Source: a virus. From it: a stretch of 36,912 nucleotides of DNA. The stretch's first letter is position 1; each line of letters starts with the position of its first letter. A program made the position numbers and the translations under genes. A model generated the notes under the pieces. The model was given only the letters and a program-made list of their open reading frames with translations. It searched no databases and had not been told where the DNA came from. Below, one piece after another: positions 24,448-32,145 of the stretch. The stretch lies in IMG/VR virus record IMGVR_UViG_3300027895_000003. One strand, given 5' to 3'.

Positions 24448-24834
24448 TCATAGCACCGAGATGTAGGAGAAGGCCCAGGTGGACCCCGCCGCCAGCTCGG
24501 TGCCGCTCGGGGTGTAGAGGGCCACGGTCATCGACGTGGCGCTGAGTGCGGTGATCTGGGCCTGCGAGGCGTCCGAGCCGTCGAAGACGCCGAACGCGAC
24601 CCCCGTGGGGGTGTCGGGGAACGGGTTGGCGAAGTCGACCACCACACCCCCCGTCGTGTAGTTGGCGCTGCCCGAGGCGATGGCGTAGTTCCACGGGTAG
24701 AAGCTGTTGGCCCAGTTCTGGATCTGGTAGAGCGCCGTCTGCACCGTCTTGTCCTGCACGTTTTGGAGACCCGAGAGGAGCAGGCTCGGGATGCCCGTGA
24801 GGTTGGTCTGGGTGCCCAGATAGTTCTGTGTCAC
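24448..24834 (-). CDS. Virion structural protein (128 aa)
   Basis: The GTG 24834 start overlaps the upstream stop (GTGA). The track's 185-aa form has an Arg/Pro-rich off-frame N-terminus. Confidence 0.5.
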   Translation of the reverse strand: MTQNYLGTQTNLTGIPSLLLSGLQNVQDKTVQTALYQIQNWANSFYPWNYAIASGSANYTTGGVVVDFANPFPDTPTGVAFGVFDGSDASQAQITALSATSMTVALYTPSGTELAAGSTWAFSYISVL

Positions 24835-26474
24835 GCCAGTGCCGTGTGCTCGCGGGGCCGGTAGCCGATGGAGAGGCCGTGGATGACCGGCGCACCGCTG
24901 GTGGGGCCGTTGGCGACCAGGGCGATGGCCAGCGTGGTGGTCTGGGCCAGCCGGGCGTTCACCCGGATCTCCTGGACGGTGTCGGTGTCGGGCTCGAGGT
25001 TCCACACGTCGAGCGCCACCGTGTTGCCCATGTCATCGATGAGCGTGACCGCGACATTCGGCGCGGGGTCGTTGTAGGGATTGGAGGCCCGGATCACCAC
25101 CTCGCGTGTCGTCGAGGTCCTGTCCTCGGCCGGCATCTTGATCGGCAGGCTCTGCCAGTTGTAGCTCTTCGCCGGCACGGTCCGGTCGAAGACGGCCAGG
25201 AACGGCTCGGACTCCTCGGTCACCGAGGCCAGGGCGCCGTACATGATGTTGTCCTGGTAGCCGGGCACGAACCAGAAGAAGCTGAACACGTTGGGGTCGC
25301 TGAGGCGCCACCACGCTCCGGTGTTGGGGTTGTGGACATAGTTGTTCGAGAAGAGCATCCAATCGGCCCAGCGCTGGCAGTACCACCCGTAGTAGTCCGA
25401 GGGGTTCCGCGGATTGGGGATGAAGAAGTTGTCGTCGAGTTGTGCACTGATCTTCTGGCTGGTGTTGCCGCCGTTCCATACCCAGGCGCCTTCCGCGTAG
25501 GTGCAGTAGAAGAGGCCCAGCTGGTTGGAGTCGGTGCGCCCGTAGAGCGGTCCGGTCGAGCGCACGCCGGGCAGGCTGGTGACGGTGGGGTTGTTGAGGT
25601 CGCCCTGGATCAGGCCTGCTCCGCCACGAGCCTTGACGGCGAACAGCTCGCCGGCTGAGACCGAGCCCACGACGCCGTAGCCGTGCGGGAACTCAGGTAC
25701 GAACTCCTCGTTGGAGAGCACCAGGGTCTCGGTCTCGGGGGGGTCGGTGAAGGAGATCGGCTCGTTGATCCTCGGGGTGTTGGGCACCGGCCAGCCGGGT
25801 GGGCTGATGAGACGGAACACGACCACGCGCCCCTGGTGACCGACGGTAGTGCCTCCCTGGTGCGAGCCCTCACCGGCCAGGATCTCGTCGACGGCGAAGA
25901 AGTTGGGGTTGTTGACCTGGGGGTAGACCCAGATGTTGCCGTTGTTGGGGCCGTCGGGGCTGGTCACGGGCAAGATGACGACCGGCTGGGGGACTGACTC
26001 GGCGTTCTCCATGATCGTCGTGAAGGGGTAGGCGACAAAGTTGTGGTTCCCACTGTAGGTGTAGGACTCCGATTGGATGGAGTTGAGCGCTGCGGTCTGG
26101 ACCACGAAGGACCAGAACTGGGTGTCCTGGGCGCTGCCGCTGATGACCGTGGTCCCGATGACCAGCTCGTCGGCCGGCGTGACCTGGGAGTTGATGAGGC
26201 ACGACACGTCTCTGGCCCCTCCGCCGATCCCGATCGTGCCCATCGAGTACTGACCCGTGATCGCCGGCATGGGTCCGAGGCCGCCGTTGGGCATCGACAT
26301 GCAGGCCCAGGTGTTGTTGCCGTCCGCTGCTCCCGGAGGCGCGGGGAAGATGCCGGGCGCGGCCAGGGGCCCGGTGGTGGCGATCGTGTTGCCGGCCGAG
26401 TAGATGCCCGGCGAGAAGTCGGTGATCTCGAGGAAGTTGAGACCTCGGCTGTCGGGCTTGCCCTTCTCAGCCAT
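24831..26474 (-). CDS. Large virion structural protein (547 aa); tail hub/nozzle candidate
   Basis: Assigned by size and by position after the capsid-proximal genes, comparable to P22 gp10 or the T7 gp12 slot. No motif was identified. Confidence 0.45.
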   Translation of the reverse strand: MAEKGKPDSRGLNFLEITDFSPGIYSAGNTIATTGPLAAPGIFPAPPGAADGNNTWACMSMPNGGLGPMPAITGQYSMGTIGIGGGARDVSCLINSQVTPADELVIGTTVISGSAQDTQFWSFVVQTAALNSIQSESYTYSGNHNFVAYPFTTIMENAESVPQPVVILPVTSPDGPNNGNIWVYPQVNNPNFFAVDEILAGEGSHQGGTTVGHQGRVVVFRLISPPGWPVPNTPRINEPISFTDPPETETLVLSNEEFVPEFPHGYGVVGSVSAGELFAVKARGGAGLIQGDLNNPTVTSLPGVRSTGPLYGRTDSNQLGLFYCTYAEGAWVWNGGNTSQKISAQLDDNFFIPNPRNPSDYYGWYCQRWADWMLFSNNYVHNPNTGAWWRLSDPNVFSFFWFVPGYQDNIMYGALASVTEESEPFLAVFDRTVPAKSYNWQSLPIKMPAEDRTSTTREVVIRASNPYNDPAPNVAVTLIDDMGNTVALDVWNLEPDTDTVQEIRVNARLAQTTTLAIALVANGPTSGAPVIHGLSIGYRPREHTALA

Positions 26475-26715
26475 CCATCGCCCTCAGCATGTCGCGCTCG
26501 ACCAGCATGGCGGCGATGTTGCCTTCCAGGCGGATCTCGTCCTCTTTGATCGACTGGGCCGCGATCTCAGCCGAGCGTTCCCGGCCCGACACCGAGGTCT
26601 CGTGGCTCCGCTGGTAGCCCTCGTTGTAGAGCCAGAGGTACTGGACCTTGACCTCGGCCAGCTCCCGGTAGGCGGCGGCTAGGCGCTCAGAGACCGCCTC
26701 GAAGGTGAGATCCAC
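26467..26715 (-). CDS. Coiled-coil small protein (82 aa)
   Basis: GTG 26715 lies 1 nt after the upstream TGA. GC3 is high. It is hidden inside a 279-aa track ORF whose upstream part is off-frame. Confidence 0.5.
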   Translation of the reverse strand: MDLTFEAVSERLAAAYRELAEVKVQYLWLYNEGYQRSHETSVSGRERSAEIAAQSIKEDEIRLEGNIAAMLVERDMLRAMDG

Positions 26716-26716
26716 A

Positions 26717-27361
26717 TCAACGTTGCGGAGGGCCGTCGACCTCCACGTCGGCGCCGTCGTTGACCACCCCGCGCTTCTCCTGCGCCTTGGCCTGCTGTTC
26801 GAGCAGCTTGATCTGCTCGCGCATCTTGGAGAGCTGGGTGGCCACGTCGTGGACCTCGGCACTCTCGTGCGCGTAGCCGTAGATGTGCTTGCCGTCGGGG
26901 TCGCTCGCCGGACAGATGACCTCAGTGTCGTCGGCTGTCGTGATGGTGACGTTGGGCACGGCCCGGTCCAACCACTCGATGTGGGTGTCGTAGAGGCCGT
27001 AGAGGACGGCCAGGCGGCGCAGCTCCTGCTCGCGGGGAGGGATGTCCCCGATGACGCCCTTCTTGGACTCCGTGCGTCCGAAGGTCCCAGAGACGCTGCG
27101 CGGGTCACCGAAGTAGACCCGGACCACGTCGAAGGGGACCAGCTTGGCTTCGCCCTCTTCGAGACCGCCGAGGTAGTCGGTGCCGTCCCAGAGGAAGCGG
27201 CCCGTAGGCAACGGTCCCTGGACCTCTTCGAGGTCGATCCTGCCGCCACCGGCCACATCCTTGTCGGGGACGAAGATCGTCTTGGTGTAGGTGCCGTGGT
27301 AGACAAGCTTGAAGTTGTCCTCGGCGGCGATGGTCGGGACGCTCGGTTGCAGTACGGTCAT
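26717..27361 (-). CDS. Virion structural protein (214 aa); head-completion/adaptor candidate
   Basis: Assigned by position and codon bias only. Confidence 0.45.
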   Translation of the reverse strand: MTVLQPSVPTIAAEDNFKLVYHGTYTKTIFVPDKDVAGGGRIDLEEVQGPLPTGRFLWDGTDYLGGLEEGEAKLVPFDVVRVYFGDPRSVSGTFGRTESKKGVIGDIPPREQELRRLAVLYGLYDTHIEWLDRAVPNVTITTADDTEVICPASDPDGKHIYGYAHESAEVHDVATQLSKMREQIKLLEQQAKAQEKRGVVNDGADVEVDGPPQR

Positions 27362-27395
27362 GGGACCGAAGCCTACAACTTCGCTTGTGGGCCGA

Positions 27396-27881
27396 TCAGG
27401 TCTTCTCGAACCAGATGTTGACCAGGCTGGTGCCCGAAGAGATCGTGATGGCTTCGAGGACCACGCCGTAGTCGAGACCCGCGGCGGCGGTCGTGCCGCC
27501 CGAGTCGGTCAGCGAACCGGCTGTCGTCGTCCCGAGAATGGCGTAGTGCCCGGCCACCGTCGGTGAGGTCGTCGCGTCGAAGAGCGCCCTGGTGTGGCCG
27601 TGGATCACGGCCTGACCGGTCGCCAGCGCAGCCTGGGTACCGCCGACACCGCCCGTGATCGAGACGCCGATGTTCAGCGGAGCCTGCGTAGTGGTCGTCG
27701 TGGCTGCCTTGACCGCGAAGATCGTGGTGGTCGTGGTCGTGATCGGCGTGATGAGCTGGATGAGCGTGCCGAAGGGGATGGCGGTCGACGTGGACGAGTT
27801 GTAGGTGTCCTGGACCTGGGGTCCCGAGGAGAAGCCCTCGCCATCCGCGCCGGCGACGTTCGTGAGTTGTGCGACTGGCAT
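27396..27881 (-). CDS. Thr-rich protein (161 aa); head decoration candidate
   Basis: It lies immediately downstream of the major capsid gene and is rich in T/G/A/S, with a beta-type composition. Confidence 0.4.
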   Translation of the reverse strand: MPVAQLTNVAGADGEGFSSGPQVQDTYNSSTSTAIPFGTLIQLITPITTTTTTIFAVKAATTTTTQAPLNIGVSITGGVGGTQAALATGQAVIHGHTRALFDATTSPTVAGHYAILGTTTAGSLTDSGGTTAAAGLDYGVVLEAITISSGTSLVNIWFEKT

Positions 27882-27888
27882 GTCTCTC

Positions 27889-28860
27889 CTAGCCGGTGAG
27901 GGCCGTGAACCGGCCTTGACGTGAGATGTTCCCGCAGACGAGGTTGCCGGCCCACAGCAAAAGGGCGGTCATGGCGTCCTGGTTGACCGGGGTCTGGAAG
28001 TCCTGCAGCTTGAAGTTGGCCATCTCCGAGACGATCAGCTCGAAGTAGTCCTCGTTCAAGAAGAACGGTCCACCCAGCGCGGCGGTCGAGCCGACGTGGG
28101 AGTCGGTGACCCACGGCACGCCGTTGAAGAGCAGGTTCTCGAAACCGCTCTGGGCGAGCTGGATGTCCTTGCCGCCCGGCTGGACCGGGAACTGCTGCGG
28201 CGTGAGGTTCAGGTTCCAGTAGCGGCTGTAGTTGGTGTTGTTGGACACGATGATCGTCGGGCTGCGGCCACCGCTGGTGCAGTTCATGAACAGCGTGTTG
28301 AGGGCCACGAGGCTCATGGTCGTCGTCGACGAGTCGATCTGGCTGTTCCACCACGAGTTGGCCGAGTGGCTGATCGTGGCGTAGGTGGCTTCGACCGTGC
28401 CGTTGTCGACGACCTCGATCAGGCCGTCGATCTGGAGCGGCAGGGCGATACCGTCACCGAAGAGCCCTGTGCCCAGCGTGTCGAACAGGTCCATCTCGGC
28501 CTGCTTGAACTGGGTGGCGATGTAGTCCACGATCGAGTCGGCGCCGTCAGTACGGAGCAGCGTCAACCCGTCGACCGTGACGGCACTGTAGGCCTGCTTC
28601 CAGGCCAGAGCGCCGTTCTGGATCGAGTCCGTCGGCTGGACGTTGAGGAGTTGGTAGCCCGAGTACCAGCCGCCGGCCGCCATCTTGGTGTACATGAGCG
28701 GGAACTCGATCTGGGTCCCGCCCTTGATGACGATCTTGTTCATCTTGTTCCACCGGGCGAACAAGACGTTGGAGCCGTAGATGTTGTCCACGATCCTCGG
28801 GACGATGTAACGCCTGGCAATCGCCGTGACTGTGTTCGTCCCGATCGCGGTGACTGCCAT
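27889..28860 (-). CDS. Major capsid protein (323 aa)
   Basis: It follows the scaffold gene, has the strongest codon bias in the window, and is of typical HK97-fold MCP size. A GGAG SD lies 9 nt upstream. Confidence 0.7.
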   Translation of the reverse strand: MAVTAIGTNTVTAIARRYIVPRIVDNIYGSNVLFARWNKMNKIVIKGGTQIEFPLMYTKMAAGGWYSGYQLLNVQPTDSIQNGALAWKQAYSAVTVDGLTLLRTDGADSIVDYIATQFKQAEMDLFDTLGTGLFGDGIALPLQIDGLIEVVDNGTVEATYATISHSANSWWNSQIDSSTTTMSLVALNTLFMNCTSGGRSPTIIVSNNTNYSRYWNLNLTPQQFPVQPGGKDIQLAQSGFENLLFNGVPWVTDSHVGSTAALGGPFFLNEDYFELIVSEMANFKLQDFQTPVNQDAMTALLLWAGNLVCGNISRQGRFTALTG

Positions 28861-28863
28861 TTC

Positions 28864-29244
28864 CTACGCTCCTAGCTCGGATGGACGTGCTGCGGAAAAG
28901 TGTGTCCCACCACTCTTCGGCTTTGCAAGGGCTATGCCGACACCTCTTGCTGCGTGCCCACGACGAATGTTCTCCTGCCTCGTGACCGCTTCAAGATGGT
29001 CTGGGTTGACACACCCGCGGTTTCGACAAAGGTGGTCCAGATCGAGTCCGTCGGGGATAGGACCGACATAGATCTCGTAGGAAGCCCGGTGCGCTTGGCG
29101 GCAGCGACCGCCGTTCTCGATGCGTCCCCCAGCCCAGAACCGGCCGTATCCACCGCGCTGCAAGGAAGCTTGCCACTCCCAGCACCCAGCGTCACCGCCT
29201 CGGAGATACTGGGATTCAAACCGTCTCTCGTCCTGGGCGTTCAC
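28864..29244 (-). CDS. Free-standing HNH (HNH_3-type) homing endonuclease (126 aa from GTG 29244; 134 aa if from GTG 29268)
   Basis: CWEW....GGYGRF...AHRASYEIYVGPIP.GLDLDHLCRNRGCVNPDHLEAVT..EN is a canonical motif. GC3 is markedly lower than in the flanking scaffold and capsid genes. Confidence 0.8.
   Translation of the reverse strand: MNAQDERRFESQYLRGGDAGCWEWQASLQRGGYGRFWAGGRIENGGRCRQAHRASYEIYVGPIPDGLDLDHLCRNRGCVNPDHLEAVTRQENIRRGHAARGVGIALAKPKSGGTHFSAARPSELGA
29160..29173. promoter_or_regulatory. GCAAG-N4-CTTGC palindrome (GCAAGGAAGCTTGC) inside the HNH gene
   Basis: Exact instance of the recurrent motif. Confidence 0.4.
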
Positions 29245-30140
29245 AGAATATTTTGGTCCTTGAGCCACGCGGCCGCGGCGGCCTTGGCCGCGTGATCCGT
29301 GCTGAGATCAGGCTTCGGCTCCTGTCTCGGAGCCGATCCTGACGATCCGCTGAGCGCGTTCAGCTTGCCCTTGCGTTCCTGTGCCTTGGCCTTCTTCTCG
29401 TCAGCCGGTGAAGGAGTGGCTACCGCCCTGGCTCGGAACTCTGGGTGGTCCCAGTACGCAATATCCAGGGCTTTGAGGATGGCCTCGGGACCGCTGCGCG
29501 TGCGGGCCAGGCCGTCGATGATGTCGAGGCTGACCGCGTGCAGGCGGAGCTTGGAGATGTCGTCCTCGGTCAACTCGGGATGTGACGTGCGGAAGGTGGA
29601 GATGCCCAGTTCGGCGTCGTTGGTGGCGCGGGCGACGGCCTGCTGTTGAGCGATCTGCTGCTGGTTGCCGGCGATCGCCGCCACCTGCTTCTCGAGTTCC
29701 TGTTGGCGCGTCCACATCGCCATCTGGGCCGGGTCGTCCTGGTCCAACCATTCGGGCGGCTTGGGTGGTTCGGGTGGCGGGGCGGCTGCCTTCTCGCGTT
29801 CGAGAAGCGTCTTGACCGCCTCTTCAACAGGGACCTCGCGCCCATCGATGACGACGACACCACGGGAAGAGGGCGGGGCCTGGGCCACTGCTGGAGCAGG
29901 CTCCGCAGGCGTAGGGTCCGGCTCTGGCTCTACCTCGGGCTCTTCGTCGACGACCTCTTCGGGCTCGTCGGAGGTTGGTGCTTGGAGGCCGAACTGCTCT
30001 TGAAGGCGCGCCACCATCGCTTCGGCTTCGGCTTGCTCTTCGGGTGAGAGTTCGATTCCAAGGTCGAGTTCAGCGGCCAGGGCTTCTGGGTCAGGCTCAT
30101 CGGCCTCGGGTTCGTCGCCGGTCGGGCGGGTGTCAGCCAC
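29241..30140 (-). CDS. Scaffolding protein (299 aa)
   Basis: Highly acidic N-terminus, Pro/Glu-rich linker and helical Q/A-rich core. It sits in the usual scaffold position upstream of the capsid gene, with only the HNH gene intervening. Confidence 0.6.
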   Translation of the reverse strand: MADTRPTGDEPEADEPDPEALAAELDLGIELSPEEQAEAEAMVARLQEQFGLQAPTSDEPEEVVDEEPEVEPEPDPTPAEPAPAVAQAPPSSRGVVVIDGREVPVEEAVKTLLEREKAAAPPPEPPKPPEWLDQDDPAQMAMWTRQQELEKQVAAIAGNQQQIAQQQAVARATNDAELGISTFRTSHPELTEDDISKLRLHAVSLDIIDGLARTRSGPEAILKALDIAYWDHPEFRARAVATPSPADEKKAKAQERKGKLNALSGSSGSAPRQEPKPDLSTDHAAKAAAAAWLKDQNIL

Positions 30141-30519
30141 TGGCGGTCGCTCCTTGGATCATGCGGCGGATCTCGTCGCCGCTGTTCTGGGGGGAAAGGC
30201 CCATGCTAGGCCCACCGCCCGGTCCAGGGCCCATTGTCGGAGCGCCTTGTGTCGGCATACCAGGATTGGCCGGGCTGGCCCCAGGTGGTCCCCCGGCCAT
30301 TCCCTGAGGTCCGATACCCGGCCCGGGAGCGCCTGGAGGCGGAGCGCCCGGTGCCCCAGTGGGCTTCTGGGGACCTGCGGGCATCCTGGCCTTGGCCACG
30401 ACAGCCTGCGCCACCTTCATGCAGAAGATGGGATCGGCGTCGGGCAGCGTCGCCAGCCGCATGGCGTCGGACGCGAGCTGCTGGAGGCCGTCCGTGAAGG
30501 ACTGCGGGCCGGATGCCAC
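30133..30519 (-). CDS. Pro/Gly-rich protein (128 aa)
   Basis: Starts at GTG 30519. The low-complexity core reads PAGPQKPTGAPGAPPPGAPGPGIGPQGMAGGPPG. Confidence 0.5.
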   Translation of the reverse strand: MASGPQSFTDGLQQLASDAMRLATLPDADPIFCMKVAQAVVAKARMPAGPQKPTGAPGAPPPGAPGPGIGPQGMAGGPPGASPANPGMPTQGAPTMGPGPGGGPSMGLSPQNSGDEIRRMIQGATASG

Positions 30520-30525
30520 GAAGAA

Positions 30526-30684
30526 CTAGGGGCGAACGTCTTGGGGCGGGTGAGGCTCGCGGCGCATGATGTCCACGTCCGAGCCGTAGGCGCCAGAGTC
30601 GGTCTGGCCCTGCATTTGCACGTTCGTCTTGCCGCCCTTGCCCATGTAATTGGACGCCGCGCGGTTGACGGGGGTGGTTGCCAT
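30526..30684 (-). CDS. Micro-protein (52 aa): MATTPVNRAASNYMGKGGKTNVQMQGQTDSGAYGSDVDIMRREPHPPQDVRP
   Basis: AAAGGA SD lies 5 nt upstream of the ATG. It is below the ORF-track cutoff. Confidence 0.45.
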   Translation of the reverse strand: MATTPVNRAASNYMGKGGKTNVQMQGQTDSGAYGSDVDIMRREPHPPQDVRP

Positions 30685-30762
30685 TGGATTCCTTTGATCG
30701 AAGAAGTTGGGCGGGGCAGGGCGGCGTGTCGGCTACCGCCCCACCCCGTTAGCGCTCACAAG

Positions 30763-30807
30763 CTACTTGCGCTTGTGGCGGCCTCCGTGACGCTTTCCAC
30801 GAGCCAT
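30763..30807 (-). CDS. Polybasic micro-ORF (14 aa): MARGKRHGGRHKRK
   Basis: AGGAAGGGGGG lies upstream. It shares MARxG and HGG(R/H) with the 41-aa peptide at 31256..31381. An alternative 19-aa GTG frame exists, so this call is tentative. Confidence 0.3.
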   Translation of the reverse strand: MARGKRHGGRHKRK

Positions 30808-30842
30808 TTTATCACCACCCCCCTTCCTGAAATGAGATGGGA

Positions 30843-31163
30843 CTAGGACGACACGCCGTCGTCAGCGAGGGGCGCTGGGGGCGTGTCGGTCGGGATGACG
30901 GGGCCGGTGACCGCGATGGTCTCGTCGGTCTTGGGCGCCGGCTGGGCCGGGGTCGGGGCGGGCGTGACGACCGGCTGGCCGCCCACGGTGTGCACCGGCT
31001 CTTCGATCGGCTGGGTCGGCAGCTCGGTCTGGCCGGCGTCGGTCGTCAGGGTCGCACCGGTCAGCTTGTGGCCGATGGCTTCGAGGTCGTCGACCAGCTT
31101 GAGGATGACTTCCTCGAGGTCGGTCTCGAGCGCCTGGCCCGTGAGGTGAAGATTCCACGCCAT
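30843..31163 (-). CDS. Acidic Pro/Thr-rich protein (106 aa)
   Basis: Good codon bias. ATG 31163 lies 3 nt after the upstream stop. Confidence 0.55.
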   Translation of the reverse strand: MAWNLHLTGQALETDLEEVILKLVDDLEAIGHKLTGATLTTDAGQTELPTQPIEEPVHTVGGQPVVTPAPTPAQPAPKTDETIAVTGPVIPTDTPPAPLADDGVSS

Positions 31164-31166
31164 GTT

Positions 31167-31256
31167 CTACCTGCGCTTTCCTGAGCGACGGTTGCCGAAT
31201 CGCCTCGCGCCCGATGACTTGCCGGGGGTCTTGAAGACGAGGGACTTGAAGGGCAT
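31167..31256 (-). CDS. Polybasic micro-protein (29 aa): MPFKSLVFKTPGKSSGARRFGNRRSGKRR
   Basis: TGATG coupling to the upstream micro-ORF. It is below the ORF-track cutoff. Confidence 0.45.
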   Translation of the reverse strand: MPFKSLVFKTPGKSSGARRFGNRRSGKRR

Positions 31257-31381
31257 CAGCGGCGGCCCATCTTGCGCTGCGTCTGGCGCGGCACGCGGGC
31301 ATTGGAACTCAGCCGGTGACCGCCGTGCGGCGTGCCCTTGTTGTGCGTCTTGATCTGGCCTCGCGAGCCGCTACGTGCCAT
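31256..31381 (-). CDS. Polybasic micro-protein (41 aa): MARSGSRGQIKTHNKGTPHGGHRLSSNARVPRQTQRKMGRR
   Basis: GAGAGGAA SD lies 5 nt upstream. It overlaps the upstream gene by 11 nt. GC3 is high. It is below the ORF-track cutoff. Confidence 0.5.
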   Translation of the reverse strand: MARSGSRGQIKTHNKGTPHGGHRLSSNARVPRQTQRKMGRR

Positions 31382-31628
31382 CGGCATTCCTCTCTGGTCT
31401 CTCAGCGGCGAAGTCGTCGCGGAATGGTCTGATGCGTGACATGTGCCCCGTGTTCTCCTGGTCGCACAGGTCGAAGTCGCGCCCGTCGGGGTAGCGCGGC
31501 ATGGCGCGATGGCCGTCGGCGATGCGGATCATGACCGCGTTGGCGTCGCTCTTGGCGTCGCCGTTGGGGTAGGTGGCGTTGGCCCGGTCAGCGATGTCCC
31601 TGGTCGAGCGCGGCGAACGGGAAGGCAT
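31371..31628 (-). CDS. Hypothetical protein (85 aa)
   Basis: High-GC3 ORF overlapping the WhiB 3' end by 41 nt. Confidence 0.5.
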   Translation of the reverse strand: MPSRSPRSTRDIADRANATYPNGDAKSDANAVMIRIADGHRAMPRYPDGRDFDLCDQENTGHMSRIRPFRDDFAAERPERNADGT

Positions 31629-31899
31629 GGACCGATGATGGCAGCATCACTCGGCGTGGCGCAAGGTCTTGGAGATGTGACGGTCGGACGTACTGGTCCT
31701 TGATCCGCCGCCGCTCGCGCTGGGTCGTCCCGCCCCAGACTCCTACCTCGTCGTGCGCGATGGCGTAGTCCATGCACTGGGCCATGACGGGGCAGGTGGC
31801 GCAGATGGCTTTGGCCCGCCCAGACGCGAGCCGGTCGTTCTCCGGGAAGAAGATGCTCTGGTCCTCACCGCGGCACAGAGCGAGTTCTCGCCACTCCAT
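31588..31899 (-). CDS. whiB: WhiB-family Fe-S transcription factor (103 aa)
   Basis: Four Cys in the WhiB arrangement (C9, then CATCPVMAQC), followed by the GVWGG turn and a basic tail, RRRIK. Confidence 0.8.
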   Translation of the reverse strand: MEWRELALCRGEDQSIFFPENDRLASGRAKAICATCPVMAQCMDYAIAHDEVGVWGGTTQRERRRIKDQYVRPSHLQDLAPRRVMLPSSVHAFPFAALDQGHR

Positions 31900-31926
31900 C
31901 GACCCCGATTATGACTTCTGGGTGCC

Positions 31927-32145
31927 TCAGGCGGGTGGACCCGCCACTCTGTCCCGGCGCACGAACGGGCCGACGGCCCACGCCCAGCCGGTCAAGAGGT
32001 CGACGAAGAAGCTCAAGAGCGCGGCGCAGAGCCAGGTGTACCAGGTGACCCCGAAGAGCTGGCCCGGCGAGGAGCCCGTCGTGATCGCCGTGGCGATGAT
32101 GGCGAAGACGATGAGGACGATGGCCCCGATGATGAAGATCCTCAT
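31927..32145 (-). CDS. Small membrane protein (72 aa, 2 TM)
   Basis: Hydrophobic segments IFIIGAIVLIVFAIIATAI and WLCAALLSFFVDLL. Confidence 0.55.
   Translation of the reverse strand: MRIFIIGAIVLIVFAIIATAITTGSSPGQLFGVTWYTWLCAALLSFFVDLLTGWAWAVGPFVRRDRVAGPPA

Noticed and set aside
28783-28791. Additional 8/9 DnaA-box-like matches inside coding regions (TTGTCCACG here, TTGTCCACC at 19352..19360, and others)
   Set aside because: Matches of this quality are expected by chance and lie within genes. Only the clustered inverted boxes at 32981..33016 were retained, at low confidence.
30757-30777. 7-bp stem hairpin CACAAGC-N7-GCTTGTG at the end of the 14-aa micro-ORF as an intrinsic terminator
   Set aside because: The stem is short, there is no U-tract, and the operon clearly continues. 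It also overlaps a variant of the GCAAG..CTTGC motif, so it is more likely a protein-binding site or coincidence.
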